Positions 29,231-39,039 of a stretch of 64,000 bases of DNA are shown here, piece by piece; positions within the stretch are counted from its first letter, which is position 1; the number at the start of each line of letters is the position of its first letter. The DNA comes from an uncultured Actinomycetota bacterium. GTDB taxonomy: Bacteria > Actinomycetota > Actinomycetes > JAHEKZ01. Under the pieces are notes generated by a model. That model was not told the origin of the DNA and did not search any database. It worked only from the letters and a program-made list of their open reading frames with translations. A program made the translations under genes and the position numbers. The stretch is from NCBI GenBank assembly GCA_963718235.1, contig CAVQYR010000001.1, positions 384,001 to 448,000 of the forward strand, in the 5' to 3' direction.

Positions 29231-29464
29231 GGGCATCGACTGTAGCCGCGGCGGTCTGCCTTTCCTGATCCAGGTCCCTCCATCGCGCCCTCCATCGGAG
29301 TGACCCGAACGAGTGCTCCGGTGGCGCGTTGTTGCTGCCGAAACACCGGTCAGGGCGCATACTGCTGCGGCGACGTCTCCCACGGACGCCGGTCTCGGCG
29401 AGCCCGCGGACCGGCAGTGACACGGTGACATCGGTGACCCAGTGACATCGGAAAGGCAGGGCTG

Positions 29465-30541
29465 ATGACGATCCCGTCGTTGCAGCCTGACTCCGTGGAG
29501 ATGGACGTCGTCTTCCATGCCGTCGACGGCGGGTCGGACATCGCCGAGCGGATCCCGTCCGCCTTCGGCTACGCGTGGCCCGCCTACCGCTCGTGGTTCC
29601 TGCGCGACGGGGAGTCGGCTCGGGCGTCGTACGCCGAGAGCGTGCGGCAGCTGCGCCGTCACATGCCCGAGCTGATGCCCACCTACGACCGCCTGGTCGA
29701 CGCGGTAGGGGGCGGAGACCTGGAGGCGAGGTTCCTGTCGCACTGGTCGCCGCCGCCGCTGTTCGCCGCCTGCTCCATGGCGGCCTGGACCCGTGACGCC
29801 AACCTGCTGGTCCGCAACTACGACTTCCCTCCCGCCCTGTGCGACACCACCGTCCTGCGGTCGGCCTGGAACGGCACCGGTGTCCTTGCCATGAGCGACT
29901 GCGTGTGGGGAGCCCTGGACGGCATCAACGGGTTCGGGCTGGCCGTGGCCATCTCCTTCGGCGGGCGCAAGGTGGTCGGTCCCGGGTTCGGCATCGGGCT
30001 GGTCGTCCGCTACCTCCTGGAGTTCGCCCGCGACGTTCCCGAGGCCCTCGAGGTGTTGGACCGGCTACCACTGGCGATGGCCTACAACGTGGCCCTCGTC
30101 GACGCTTCCGGTGGCGCGGCGGTCGCCTACGTCGCGCCGGACCGCCCGATGGCCGTCGGTCCGTGGACCACCGCGGCCAACCGCCAGGGTGCGACCGAGT
30201 GGCCCGAGCATGCGGAGTTCTGCAGCACCGTTGAACGAGAGCTCACCCTGTCCGAGGTGGTGGCCGACCCGGCCATGACGTCGGCCGGCCTGGTGCAGGC
30301 CTTCCTCCGGCGCCCGCTGTACCGGCCCACCGCGGAGAGCACCTGGGGCACCGTGTACACCTCCGTGTACGACTCCGACCAGCGCACCATGACCCTCGCG
30401 TGGCCCGACTCCCGATGGACGCTGTCGATGGACTCTTTCGTCGAGGACTCCGTCGCCAGGCGGACCCTCGTCGCGCTCCCGCCCCGCGACCATGCGCCCA
30501 TGCCTCCGGCCGCCCAGGAACGGCCCCTCCTGATCGCCTGA
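29465..30541 (+). CDS. C45 family Ntn hydrolase (second copy, divergent subfamily)
   Basis: HMPELMPTY, processing site A-CS, VRNYDF, LDGINGFGL, ANRQ, WGTVYT; GAAAGG RBS. Confidence 0.8.
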   Translation: MTIPSLQPDSVEMDVVFHAVDGGSDIAERIPSAFGYAWPAYRSWFLRDGESARASYAESVRQLRRHMPELMPTYDRLVDAVGGGDLEARFLSHWSPPPLFAACSMAAWTRDANLLVRNYDFPPALCDTTVLRSAWNGTGVLAMSDCVWGALDGINGFGLAVAISFGGRKVVGPGFGIGLVVRYLLEFARDVPEALEVLDRLPLAMAYNVALVDASGGAAVAYVAPDRPMAVGPWTTAANRQGATEWPEHAEFCSTVERELTLSEVVADPAMTSAGLVQAFLRRPLYRPTAESTWGTVYTSVYDSDQRTMTLAWPDSRWTLSMDSFVEDSVARRTLVALPPRDHAPMPPAAQERPLLIA

Positions 30542-30627
30542 CCCACCGAGTGGCGCTGGCCCAGGAGCGGTGACTGTCGTCGAAGCAGTTGCAGTGGGAT
30601 CGCCGCGTGCCTAGAGTCGCGGCCACC

Positions 30628-32139
30628 ATGGCAAAGGGCACCAAGAAGCAGAAGCGCAAGAAGGCCAAGTCGTCCCCGCCGCCGTCCGCGGCGTCAGTCG
30701 ATCGGCCGATGCTCCGCGACCTGTCGCAGGTGTACCGCTACTTCCGGTCCTCGACCAAGCCGATCTACTTCGTCTCCCCCACGCCGTACAACGTGCTCGG
30801 GATCGACCAGTGGGTCAGTGGCTTCCGCTACATCAGCTACTTCGACAGCTTCGACGGAGCTCACCCGCACCTCTTCTCGCCGACCCATTCAGGCGCGCGC
30901 GACTTCGAGACCTTCGAGTCGGTCAACACCTACCTCCTCAGCAACAAGGAGGTGATCGACTACGTCCACCGCACCGGGATCGGGCAGGTCCTCTTCGTCA
31001 TGTTCGACGAGGAGACCGAGGCGCTGGCCGAGGAGCTCGGCCTCGAGATCGCCCTGCCGCCGCACGAGCTGCGCAAGCAGATCGACTCCAAGGTGGTCAC
31101 GACCCGCCTGGGCAACGAGGCCGGCGTCCCCAGCGTCCCCAACGCGCTCGGGCGGGTGTCGAGCTACAAGGAGCTGCAGAAGCTGGCCAAGAAGAACCAC
31201 CTGGGACCTCGGCTCGTCGTGCAGACCCCCTATGGCGACTCGGGACGCACCACCTTCTTCATCGACTCCTCCGACGACTTCGACCAGCACAAGGAGGTCC
31301 TCGTCGACGAGGACCTCAAGGTGATGAAGCACATCAACCACCTGCCGGGAACCGTCGAGGCGGTGGCCACCCGGCATGGAACGATCGTCGGCCCGATCCA
31401 GACCGACCTCACCGGGTTCGTCGAGCTCACCCCGTACCAGGGCGGCTGGTGCGGGAACGACATCTTCCCGTCGGTGTACGACGACAAGGTCCGCAAGAAG
31501 ATCAAGCGGATGGCCCGGCGCCTGGGCCGGCGGCTGTACCAAGAGGGGTACAAGGGCGCCTTCTGCATGGACTTCCTGATCGACACCGACACCAACGACG
31601 TCTATCTCGGAGAGATCAACCCGCGTATCTCCGGGGCGTCGCCGCTGACCCAGCTCATCACCGCCACCTACGGGGGCGTCCCACTGTTCCTGTTCCACCT
31701 GCTGGAGTTCTCCGACGTCGACTGGGAGCTCGACCTTCGGGCGATCGAGTCGAGGTGGGACCACTTCGACCGATGGAGCCAGCTGGTCCTCAAGCAGGTC
31801 TCCGACGACATCGAGATGATCACCGACGCTCCTCAGTCGGGGCTGTGGCGGATGGCTGACGACGGCTCGATCAGCTTCCTTCGGTCGGAGACCGACTGGC
31901 ACGCGGTGAGCAGCTACGACGAGGCGTTCTACCTAAGGGTCTACGGAGCCGGGGAGTACCGCTACCCCGGGGCCGACATCGGCGTCGTGGTGGCCAGGGG
32001 ACGCATGCAGACCGACGACCGGCACCTGCTGGAGCGCGCGCGACAGTGGGCCGACGGGATCTCCAATGAGTTCCGCGGGCTCCCCCCCGAGGAGGCTGTC
32101 CAGGTGCCGAACAGTCTGCTGTACACCAAGTGGTTCTGA
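30628..32139 (+). CDS. ATP-grasp amide ligase (often labelled biotin carboxylase; PGM1-like)
   Basis: IDSKVVTTRL, VVQTPYGDSGRTTFF, WCGND, DFLID, GEINPRISG (ExNxR metal motif). Confidence 0.8.
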   Translation: MAKGTKKQKRKKAKSSPPPSAASVDRPMLRDLSQVYRYFRSSTKPIYFVSPTPYNVLGIDQWVSGFRYISYFDSFDGAHPHLFSPTHSGARDFETFESVNTYLLSNKEVIDYVHRTGIGQVLFVMFDEETEALAEELGLEIALPPHELRKQIDSKVVTTRLGNEAGVPSVPNALGRVSSYKELQKLAKKNHLGPRLVVQTPYGDSGRTTFFIDSSDDFDQHKEVLVDEDLKVMKHINHLPGTVEAVATRHGTIVGPIQTDLTGFVELTPYQGGWCGNDIFPSVYDDKVRKKIKRMARRLGRRLYQEGYKGAFCMDFLIDTDTNDVYLGEINPRISGASPLTQLITATYGGVPLFLFHLLEFSDVDWELDLRAIESRWDHFDRWSQLVLKQVSDDIEMITDAPQSGLWRMADDGSISFLRSETDWHAVSSYDEAFYLRVYGAGEYRYPGADIGVVVARGRMQTDDRHLLERARQWADGISNEFRGLPPEEAVQVPNSLLYTKWF

Positions 32140-32151
32140 GAGACTTCGACC

Positions 32152-33339
32152 ATGGATCTCAGCGAGCTCGTCGACCGTTACAGCGCCCACAACTACCATC
32201 CCCTGCCGGTCGTCCTGGCCCACGGTGACGGTGCCTGGGTCACCGACGTCGACGGTCGCCGCTACCTCGACCTCCTGTCGGCGTACTCGGCCCTCAACTT
32301 CGGGCATCGCCACCCCCGCCTCGTGGAGGCGGCACAGCGCCAGCTGGGTCGCCTGACCCTCACGTCGCGCGCGTTCCACAACGACCAGCTCGGACCCTTC
32401 GCGCAGGCCGTGGCCGAGCTCACCGGCAAGGACATGATGCTGCCGATGAACACCGGCGCCGAGGCCGTCGAGACGGCGATCAAGACCGCGCGCAAGTGGG
32501 GCTACCAGGTCAAGGGGGTTCCGGCTGAGTCTGCCCACATCATCGTGGTGGGCGGGAACTTCCACGGCCGCACCGTCACGATCGTGTCGTTCAGCGACGA
32601 CCCGGCCGCGCACGACGACTTCGGTCCTTACACGCCTGGGTTCACCGAGGTGCCGTACGGCGACGCCGACGCGCTGGCAGCAGCGATCACGCCGTCCACC
32701 GTGGGCTTCCTCGTCGAGCCGATCCAGGGGGAGGCAGGGGTCATCCTGCCCCCCGACGGCTACCTCACCAAGGTGCGCGAGCTGTGCACCGAGCACAACG
32801 TGCTGTTCATCGCCGACGAGATCCAGTCCGGGCTGGGGCGCAGCGGACAGACCTTTGCGGTGCAGTGGGAGGACGTCGTTCCCGACGTTTACGTGTTGGG
32901 GAAGGCGCTCGGTGGCGGCCTCTACCCGGTGTCGGCGGTCGCGGCCGACTCCGACGTGCTCGGCGTCTTCAAGCCGGGTGAGCACGGGTCGACCTTCGGG
33001 GGGAACCCGCTGGGTGCAGCCATCGGCCGCGAGGTCGTGGCGATGCTGCAGACGGGGGAGTTCCAGGAACGGTCACGGGTGCTGGGAGACCACATGCTGA
33101 CCCGACTGCGGGCCGAAGCGCCTCCCACCGTCAAGGAGGTCCGCGGACGGGGTCTGTGGGCGGGCGTGCAGCTGCTGCCGGGTGGGATCCCCGCCCGAGA
33201 GCGCTGCTACGCGCTGATGGAGCGTGGCGTGCTGGCCAAGGACACCCACGAGACGACGATCCGCCTGGCACCGCCGCTCATGATCGCGCAGGCCGACCTC
33301 GACCACGCCATCGACGAGATCCTGACCGCCCTTGCCTAG
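32152..33339 (+). CDS. rocD: ornithine--oxo-acid transaminase
   Basis: SAHNYHPLPVV, AYSALNFGH, MNTGAEAVETA, EPIQGEAG, GKALGGG, HGSTFGGNPL. Confidence 0.95.
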   Translation: MDLSELVDRYSAHNYHPLPVVLAHGDGAWVTDVDGRRYLDLLSAYSALNFGHRHPRLVEAAQRQLGRLTLTSRAFHNDQLGPFAQAVAELTGKDMMLPMNTGAEAVETAIKTARKWGYQVKGVPAESAHIIVVGGNFHGRTVTIVSFSDDPAAHDDFGPYTPGFTEVPYGDADALAAAITPSTVGFLVEPIQGEAGVILPPDGYLTKVRELCTEHNVLFIADEIQSGLGRSGQTFAVQWEDVVPDVYVLGKALGGGLYPVSAVAADSDVLGVFKPGEHGSTFGGNPLGAAIGREVVAMLQTGEFQERSRVLGDHMLTRLRAEAPPTVKEVRGRGLWAGVQLLPGGIPARERCYALMERGVLAKDTHETTIRLAPPLMIAQADLDHAIDEILTALA

Positions 33340-33402
33340 GCGCCGGCCGGCTCGGGACGAAAGGTCCTTCGAGTGGCAGGCGATTGTTCGTAGGGTGCAG
33401 GC

Positions 33403-34536
33403 GTGACGACCGTCGCAGTTCCTCGCGAGACCCGACCCGGTGAACGCCGGGTCGCCTTGGTGCCTGAGCAGGTGGCTCGCCTCGTCGGTGCGGGGCTCGC
33501 CGTGACCGTCGAGGCCGGTGCCGGCGCCGGTGCATTCATTCCCGACGCCGAGTTCGAGGCGGTCGGTGCAGAGGTCGATTCGGGCGGTGTGCTCGAAGGC
33601 GGCGATGTCGTCGCCTCGGTGAACTCGTTGAGCGTCGAGCAGATCAAGCGCCTGCGCCCCGAGGCGATCGCGGTGTCCTTCCTTGCCCCATCGAGCTCGC
33701 TGGACAAGGTCGCGGCAGCCCGTGACGCCGGCGTCACGTACCTGTCGATGGAGCTCGTGCCCCGGATCTCCCGGGCCCAGTCGATGGACGCCCTCTCGTC
33801 GCAGGCCCTGGTGTCGGGCTACCGATGCGCCTTGGTGGCGGCTGAGCACCTGCCGAAGTTCTTCCCGCTGCTCATGACGGCGGCCGGCACCGTCAAGCCG
33901 GCGCAGGTCGTGGTGCTGGGCGCAGGTGTGGCGGGCCTGCAGGCGATCGCGACGGCCAAGCGGCTCGGCGCTGTCGTCTCGGCCTACGACGTGCGCGCCG
34001 CAGCGGCCGACGAGATCCGCAGCGTGGGCGCGAAGTTCATCGACCTCGAGCTGGACACCCTGGAAGGCGCCGGCGGGTACGCCCGAGAGATGACCGAGGA
34101 ACGGTCCGCGTTGCAGCGCGAGCGACTCTCTCCCTACATCGCCAAGGCCGACGCGCTGATCACTACTGCGGCGGTTCCTGGGCGGCAGGCTCCGCTGCTG
34201 GTCACCCGGGAGATGGTCGACGCGATGGGTCCGGGCAGCATCGTGGTCGACCTGGCGGCCGAGACCGGGGGGAACGTCGAGGGCTCCAAGGCCGGCGAGG
34301 TCGCCGCGTTCGGCCAGGTCGCAGTCTGGGGCGGGCTCAACGTGCCCTCGCAGCTCCCGGTCGCCGCCTCGCGCCTCTACGCGGCCAACGTGACCAACCT
34401 GCTGCTGCTCATGACCACCGACGGGTCGGTCGGGCTCGATCTCGAGGACGAGATCGTCGACGGCGCTGCCGTGACGCACGGCGGAGTCGTGCGGTTCGGC
34501 CCGGCCCGCGACGCCCTGAAGGAAGAGGACGCGTGA
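33403..34536 (+). CDS. pntA: NAD(P) transhydrogenase alpha subunit, part 1
   Basis: GERRVALVP, RAQSMDALSSQ, GAGVAGLQAIATA, GGYA. Confidence 0.95.
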   Translation: MTTVAVPRETRPGERRVALVPEQVARLVGAGLAVTVEAGAGAGAFIPDAEFEAVGAEVDSGGVLEGGDVVASVNSLSVEQIKRLRPEAIAVSFLAPSSSLDKVAAARDAGVTYLSMELVPRISRAQSMDALSSQALVSGYRCALVAAEHLPKFFPLLMTAAGTVKPAQVVVLGAGVAGLQAIATAKRLGAVVSAYDVRAAAADEIRSVGAKFIDLELDTLEGAGGYAREMTEERSALQRERLSPYIAKADALITTAAVPGRQAPLLVTREMVDAMGPGSIVVDLAAETGGNVEGSKAGEVAAFGQVAVWGGLNVPSQLPVAASRLYAANVTNLLLLMTTDGSVGLDLEDEIVDGAAVTHGGVVRFGPARDALKEEDA

Positions 34537-34847
34537 TGGACGGCGTAGCGCTGCTCACGATCCTGGTGCTCAGCATCTTCGTCGGATTCGAGGTCGTCTC
34601 GAAGGTGTCGACGATCCTGCACACGCCGTTGATGTCAGGGGCCAACGCGATCCACGGCGTGATCCTGGTCGGGGCGATCATCGTCAGCGGTGAGGCCGAC
34701 AACACCGCAGAGCTGGTCCTCGGCCTCGTGGCCACCGTTCTGGCGACGGTCAACATGGTCGGCGGGTTCGTCGTCACCGACCGCATGCTTCAGATGTTCC
34801 GGCCCCGCAAGAGCCCAGCCGAGGCGACCAAGGAGCCCGCGCCGTGA
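34533..34847 (+). CDS. NAD(P) transhydrogenase alpha subunit, part 2
   Basis: LHTPLMSGANAIHG, GGFVVTDRML. Confidence 0.95.
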   Translation: MMDGVALLTILVLSIFVGFEVVSKVSTILHTPLMSGANAIHGVILVGAIIVSGEADNTAELVLGLVATVLATVNMVGGFVVTDRMLQMFRPRKSPAEATKEPAP

Positions 34848-36214
34848 GCCAGACGTGGGTCCAGCTGGCCTACCTGGTCGCTGCGACCTGCTTCATCCTG
34901 GCGCTCAAGGGGCTCTCGTCACCGAAGTACGCCCGCCGCGGCAACCTGATTGGGGCGTTCGGGGCCACCCTCGCCGTACTGGTCACTCTGGTTGCGGAGT
35001 CGTGGGACCACCTCCCGCTGATCATCGCTGCGATCGTCGTCGGTACCGCGGTGGCCGTCCCGACCGCCCGGTCGGTAGCGATGACGGCGATGCCGCAGCT
35101 GGTGGCACTGTTCAACGGAGTCGGTGGCGCGGCCGCGGCGATCGTCGCGATCGTGGAGTTCTTGTCCAACGGCCAGAACGAGTCCAACGGCACGGTGGCC
35201 GCTTCGGTGTTCACCGTGCTCGTCGGGTCGGTCTCGTTCAGCGGCTCGGTGGTCACCTTCCTGAAGCTGCAGGGGCTCATGACCTCGCGCCCCGTGGTGT
35301 TCCCCGGCATGAAGTGGCTGGCGATCCTCACCGCCGTCGCCGCGGTGGGGCTGGCCGTCGCCGTGGTGCCGACCCGGTCGACGACGTTGGTGTTCGTGCT
35401 CGCCGCGGTCGCCCTGCTGCTCGGTCTGCTGTTCGTGCTGCCTGTGGGCGGCGCTGACGTCCCGATCGTCATCTCGCTGCTCAACGCCTTCACCGGGCTG
35501 ACCGTCGCCGCATCGGGGCTGGTGCTCGACAACGTGCTGCTGCTCATTGCCGGAACCCTCGTCGGCGCGAGCGGCACCCTGCTGACCAGGCTCATGGCCA
35601 CCGCGATGGGCCGACCGCTGACCGGGACGCTGTTCGGTGCTCTGTCGGGCACCTCGACGCTCGGCGGAGGCGAGGCGTCGGACCGGCCGGTCCGGTCCCT
35701 GGGTCCGCAGGACGTCGCGATCCAGCTCGCCTATTCGAGCAAGGTCATCATCGTTCCCGGGTACGGCCTGGCCGTGGCCCAGGCGCAGGGAACGCTCAAG
35801 GAGCTCGTCGACCTGCTGAACGAACGAGGCGTTGAGGTGGCCTACGCGATCCACCCGGTGGCCGGACGGATGCCCGGCCACATGAATGTGCTGCTGGCCG
35901 AGGCGAGCGTGCCCTACGAGCAGCTGAAGGAGATGGACGAGATCAACCCCGAGTTCCCGTCCACCGACGTCGTGCTCGTCGTCGGAGCCAACGACGTCGT
36001 CAACCCGGCGGCGCGCGAGCCAGGAACGCCCATCTCCGGGATGCCGATCCTCAACGTGGACCAAGCCCAGTCGGTGGTCTTCCTCAAGCGGTCGATGCGT
36101 CCAGGGTTCGCGGGGATCGAGAACGAGCTCCTGTACGACCCGAAGACCCAGCTGCTGTTCGGCGACGCGAAGGACTCCCTCGGCAAGGTCGTGACGGCGC
36201 TCAAGGCCCAGTGA
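34844..36214 (+). CDS. pntB: NAD(P) transhydrogenase beta subunit
   Basis: MPQLVALFNGVGG, GGADVP, HPVAGRMPGHMNVLLAEA, GANDVVNP. Confidence 0.96.
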   Translation: MSQTWVQLAYLVAATCFILALKGLSSPKYARRGNLIGAFGATLAVLVTLVAESWDHLPLIIAAIVVGTAVAVPTARSVAMTAMPQLVALFNGVGGAAAAIVAIVEFLSNGQNESNGTVAASVFTVLVGSVSFSGSVVTFLKLQGLMTSRPVVFPGMKWLAILTAVAAVGLAVAVVPTRSTTLVFVLAAVALLLGLLFVLPVGGADVPIVISLLNAFTGLTVAASGLVLDNVLLLIAGTLVGASGTLLTRLMATAMGRPLTGTLFGALSGTSTLGGGEASDRPVRSLGPQDVAIQLAYSSKVIIVPGYGLAVAQAQGTLKELVDLLNERGVEVAYAIHPVAGRMPGHMNVLLAEASVPYEQLKEMDEINPEFPSTDVVLVVGANDVVNPAAREPGTPISGMPILNVDQAQSVVFLKRSMRPGFAGIENELLYDPKTQLLFGDAKDSLGKVVTALKAQ

Positions 36215-36224
36215 CCGGCGTCCC

Positions 36225-36860
36225 TCAGCCGGCGGTGCCGTAGAGCCGGTCGCCCGCGTCGCCGAGTCCGGGGACGATGTACCCGCGCTCGTTCAGCCGC
36301 TCGTCGACCGAGGCCGTGACCACGGTGACTGGGAAATCGGCCAGCTCGGCGTCGAGGAATGCGAGCCCCTCGGGTGAGGCGAGCAGGCAGATCGCGGTGA
36401 CGTCGACCGCGCCGCGGTCCAGCAGCAGCCGGACCGCTGCGGCGAGTGTCCCTCCGGTGGCGAGCATCGGGTCGAGGGCGAAGCACTGCCGAGCGCCGAG
36501 GTCGTCCGGAAGACGGGTCGCGTACGTCGTCGCCGCCAGGGTGTCCTCGTCGCGGACCAGGCCCAGGAAGCCGACCTCTGCAGTGGGAAGGAGGCGCAAC
36601 ATGCCGTCGAGCATGCCGAGCCCGGCCCGCAGGATCGGGACGACGAGCGGCCGCGGGTACGCCAGCCTCGTGCCTGTGGTCGGCGCCACAGGTGTCGTGA
36701 CCGCGAACGGCTCGACCCGCACCGTCCGCGTCGCCTCGTAGGCCAGCAGGGTGACCAGCTCGTCGGCCAGTCGGCGGAACGTCGGGGAGTCGGTGTCCTG
36801 GTCGCGCAGCACCGTGAGCTTGTGGGCCACCAGCGGGTGTTCGACGACGTGGGTGCGCAT
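36225..36860 (-). CDS. upp: uracil phosphoribosyltransferase
   Basis: [34 protein letters not shown]. Confidence 0.97.
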   Translation of the reverse strand: MRTHVVEHPLVAHKLTVLRDQDTDSPTFRRLADELVTLLAYEATRTVRVEPFAVTTPVAPTTGTRLAYPRPLVVPILRAGLGMLDGMLRLLPTAEVGFLGLVRDEDTLAATTYATRLPDDLGARQCFALDPMLATGGTLAAAVRLLLDRGAVDVTAICLLASPEGLAFLDAELADFPVTVVTASVDERLNERGYIVPGLGDAGDRLYGTAG

Positions 36861-36956
36861 GGCGCCGGACCCTAGCCAATCACCGCGGGGGGTAGGCAGC
36901 AGCCGGTCGTTCTGCGACTATCGCCCGTGGGACCGGTTTCGGCTGTGGAGGCGACG

Positions 36957-37442
36957 ATGGGTGACGAGCTCCAGGCCGACTTCGCCCTGATCGCGGTCCG
37001 CGAGGACGGGCTGTGGTCGGTCGCTGCACTCCCGCCCGCGGCCGCCGACGACGTCGATCATCTCGTGCGCGTGCTGCGCCAGCAGCCCGGTGAGGTCGGG
37101 GCGATCGGGCTCGTGTCGGTCGCCGAGGACTACTTCCTGATCGTGCGGGTCCGCGGCGAGGACGAGCGCTTCCTGCTGTCGGACTGCACGGCCGCTTTCG
37201 ACTCGCCGTTGGCCGCCCAGGTGCTCGAGCGGCTGGGCCTGCCGATGCCCGACGGCGACGACGACGAGGACATCGAGCCGGCGGGCGACCTCGACCTGCT
37301 GGCCGACCTAGGCGTCGACACGATCCTGGTCGCTGAGCTGTGCGACGACCTCGAGCTCTACCCCGACGACGCACTCGGCCGGGTGGCGGCGGCCGTGGGG
37401 TTCGCCGACCAGTACGACCAGGCCGTCGACCTCGTCGCCTAG
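36957..37442 (+). CDS. tRNA adenosine deaminase-associated protein (acidic)
   Basis: GGAGG RBS; LLSD, PAGDLDLLADLG; usual upp/tadA neighbourhood. Confidence 0.85.
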   Translation: MGDELQADFALIAVREDGLWSVAALPPAAADDVDHLVRVLRQQPGEVGAIGLVSVAEDYFLIVRVRGEDERFLLSDCTAAFDSPLAAQVLERLGLPMPDGDDDEDIEPAGDLDLLADLGVDTILVAELCDDLELYPDDALGRVAAAVGFADQYDQAVDLVA

Positions 37443-37462
37443 TCCCGCTTCGTTCCTTGCCC

Positions 37463-37918
37463 ATGACCGACGACGTCGCGGCGATGCGGCTCGCCCTGGC
37501 GCAGGCCCGTCAGGCGCTGGTCCACGGAGACGTCCCGGTGGGGGCGGTGGTCGTGGACCGGGACGGCGCAGTCATCGCCGCGGCAGGCAACGGGCGCGAG
37601 GCGACGGGTGACCCCACGGCACACGCCGAGGTGCTCGCCCTGCGTCAGGCGGCCGAAGTGACGGGGGGCTGGCGGCTCGACGGGTGCACCTTGGTCGTCA
37701 CGCTCGAGCCGTGCACCATGTGCGCCGGCGCTCTGGTGCTGTCCCGGGTCGACCGTCTTGTGTTCGGCGCCTGGAACGCCGACATGGGAGCGGTCGGCAC
37801 GCTGTGGGACGTCGTCCGGGACCGCCGTCTCGGGCATCGCCCGGAGGTCGTGTCCGGTGTGCTCGCCGACGAGTCGTCGACGCTGCTGGAGGAGTTCTTC
37901 CGGGGCCAGCGCGGGTGA
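37463..37918 (+). CDS. tadA: tRNA adenosine(34) deaminase
   Basis: DVPVGA, DPTAHAE, TLEPCTMCAGA. Confidence 0.92.
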   Translation: MTDDVAAMRLALAQARQALVHGDVPVGAVVVDRDGAVIAAAGNGREATGDPTAHAEVLALRQAAEVTGGWRLDGCTLVVTLEPCTMCAGALVLSRVDRLVFGAWNADMGAVGTLWDVVRDRRLGHRPEVVSGVLADESSTLLEEFFRGQRG

Positions 37919-37951
37919 GCCGGTCGCGGGGGGTCCGGTATCCTCCTCGGC

Positions 37952-38038
37952 GGTAGCGTGTCCGAGCGGCCGAAGGAGCACGCCTCGAAAGCGTGTGAGG
38001 GGGCAACTCCTCCGTGGGTTCAAATCCCACCGCTACCG
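37952..38038 (+). tRNA. tRNA-Ser(CGA)
   Basis: Acceptor GGTAGCG/CGCTACC, anticodon arm CACGC-CT-CGA-AA-GCGTG, long variable arm, GGTTCAAATCC; CCA not encoded. Confidence 0.95.
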
Positions 38039-38074
38039 CTCCTGTCGGAAGAGGTCAGATCCTCCGACGACCAG

Positions 38075-38116
38075 AGAGCCCCTGGCCCGCGCACTGCGCG
38101 AGGACGGGGGCTCTTT
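38075..38116. terminator. stem-loop between the convergent tRNA-Ser and LytR_C gene
   Basis: AGAGCCCC (38075-38082) / GGGGCTCT (38107-38114) followed by TT. Confidence 0.5.
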
Positions 38117-38148
38117 GCACAGGGTTCGCGCAGTGGTCGAACGGCGCG

Positions 38149-38724
38149 TCACGCGCAGCGCGGCTCCTGGGCCGGGAGGGCGACATCGTCCAGCCCGCGC
38201 TTGGCCTGCCGGTCGGTGACGATGCCGTCGAAGTCCGGTCCGAGGCGCAGGTCGACCGAGGCGTCGGGGATCCGGGTGGTCTTCACCAGCTCGGCGCCGG
38301 GAACATAGGAGGCGACCCGCACGGCGGCGCCGTACCCCGGCTTGGCGTAGAGCACGGTCGCCACCCCGGCCTCCATCACCTTGGGTGCGTTGCCCACACC
38401 AGCGACGTCGAACCCCCGCAGCACCAGCTCGTTGGCCGTGTCGATGGCGAGCCCTTCGGTGTCGGTGGCGTTCAGCACGTTGACCCGCACCTGCGACGGC
38501 GGGGGGATGTCGCGGGGAGGCTTCGGCGGCGGCGTGGTGCAGGTCGCGGTCGGCGTGGGGCCTGCCTGGCTTGGGTCGTCGTCGCGTACCTGGGTCCACC
38601 ACCACGCGGCCCCGGCTGCTGCGGCCACGAGCACGATCACGAGGCCGACGACCAGCACCCGGCGCCCTCCGCCGGAGCCGGTGCGTCGTCGTCCTCCCGC
38701 TCCCGTGGGGGTCAGCATCGACAT
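38149..38724 (-). CDS. LytR C-terminal domain membrane protein
   Basis: One TM, VRVNVLNAT..GLA..L..RGF, VDLRLGPDF; ATG 38724 preceded by TACCCT-N6. Confidence 0.88.
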   Translation of the reverse strand: MSMLTPTGAGGRRRTGSGGGRRVLVVGLVIVLVAAAAGAAWWWTQVRDDDPSQAGPTPTATCTTPPPKPPRDIPPPSQVRVNVLNATDTEGLAIDTANELVLRGFDVAGVGNAPKVMEAGVATVLYAKPGYGAAVRVASYVPGAELVKTTRIPDASVDLRLGPDFDGIVTDRQAKRGLDDVALPAQEPRCA

Positions 38725-38760
38725 CTCGGCAGGGTAGTCGGCACGTCCCCTGAGAACGCA

Positions 38761-38789
38761 CGACCCCCGGCCACCAGGCACGGGGGTCG
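38761..38789 (-). terminator. stem-loop after tRNA-Ser(GGA)
   Basis: 9-bp inverted repeat CGACCCCCG / CGGGGGTCG. Confidence 0.55.
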
Positions 38790-38795
38790 ACTGCG

Positions 38796-38880
38796 CGGAG
38801 GATAGGGGATTTGAACCCCTGAGGGCGTTAACCCAACACGCTTTCCAAGCGTGCGCCATAGGCCACTAGGCGAATCCTCC
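38796..38880 (-). tRNA. tRNA-Ser(GGA)
   Basis: Minus strand GGAGGATTCGCCTAGTGGCC...CACGC-TT-GGA-AA-GCGTG...GGTTCAAATCCCCTATCCTCCG. Confidence 0.95.
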
Positions 38881-39039
38881 GCCGCCGAGGGTACCGGTCG
38901 CGCACGAGCCCGCGGACCGCCGGGCTTTGCTGGCGGCGGGGTGGGTTTGCTGGCCGTGGACCGCTCGGTGGCCGACTCACGATCAGCAAACCTGATCGTG
39001 AGCGCAGGACGGGGTGGGCGGGGGGTGGGTAGACTTGAG

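Noticed and set aside
29415-29451. Short repeats considered as a CRISPR remnant
   Set aside because: Units are 5-10 bp with no spacers, and there are no cas genes in the window
27791-29743. 650-aa version of the amidase ORF
   Set aside because: The N-terminal extension overlaps the C45 gene antisense; a -10 box supports a start at about 29230
37952-38880. Convergent tRNA-Ser genes as ends of an integrated element
   Set aside because: Both are complete tRNAs with different anticodons flanking one LytR_C gene; no integrase or att duplication seen
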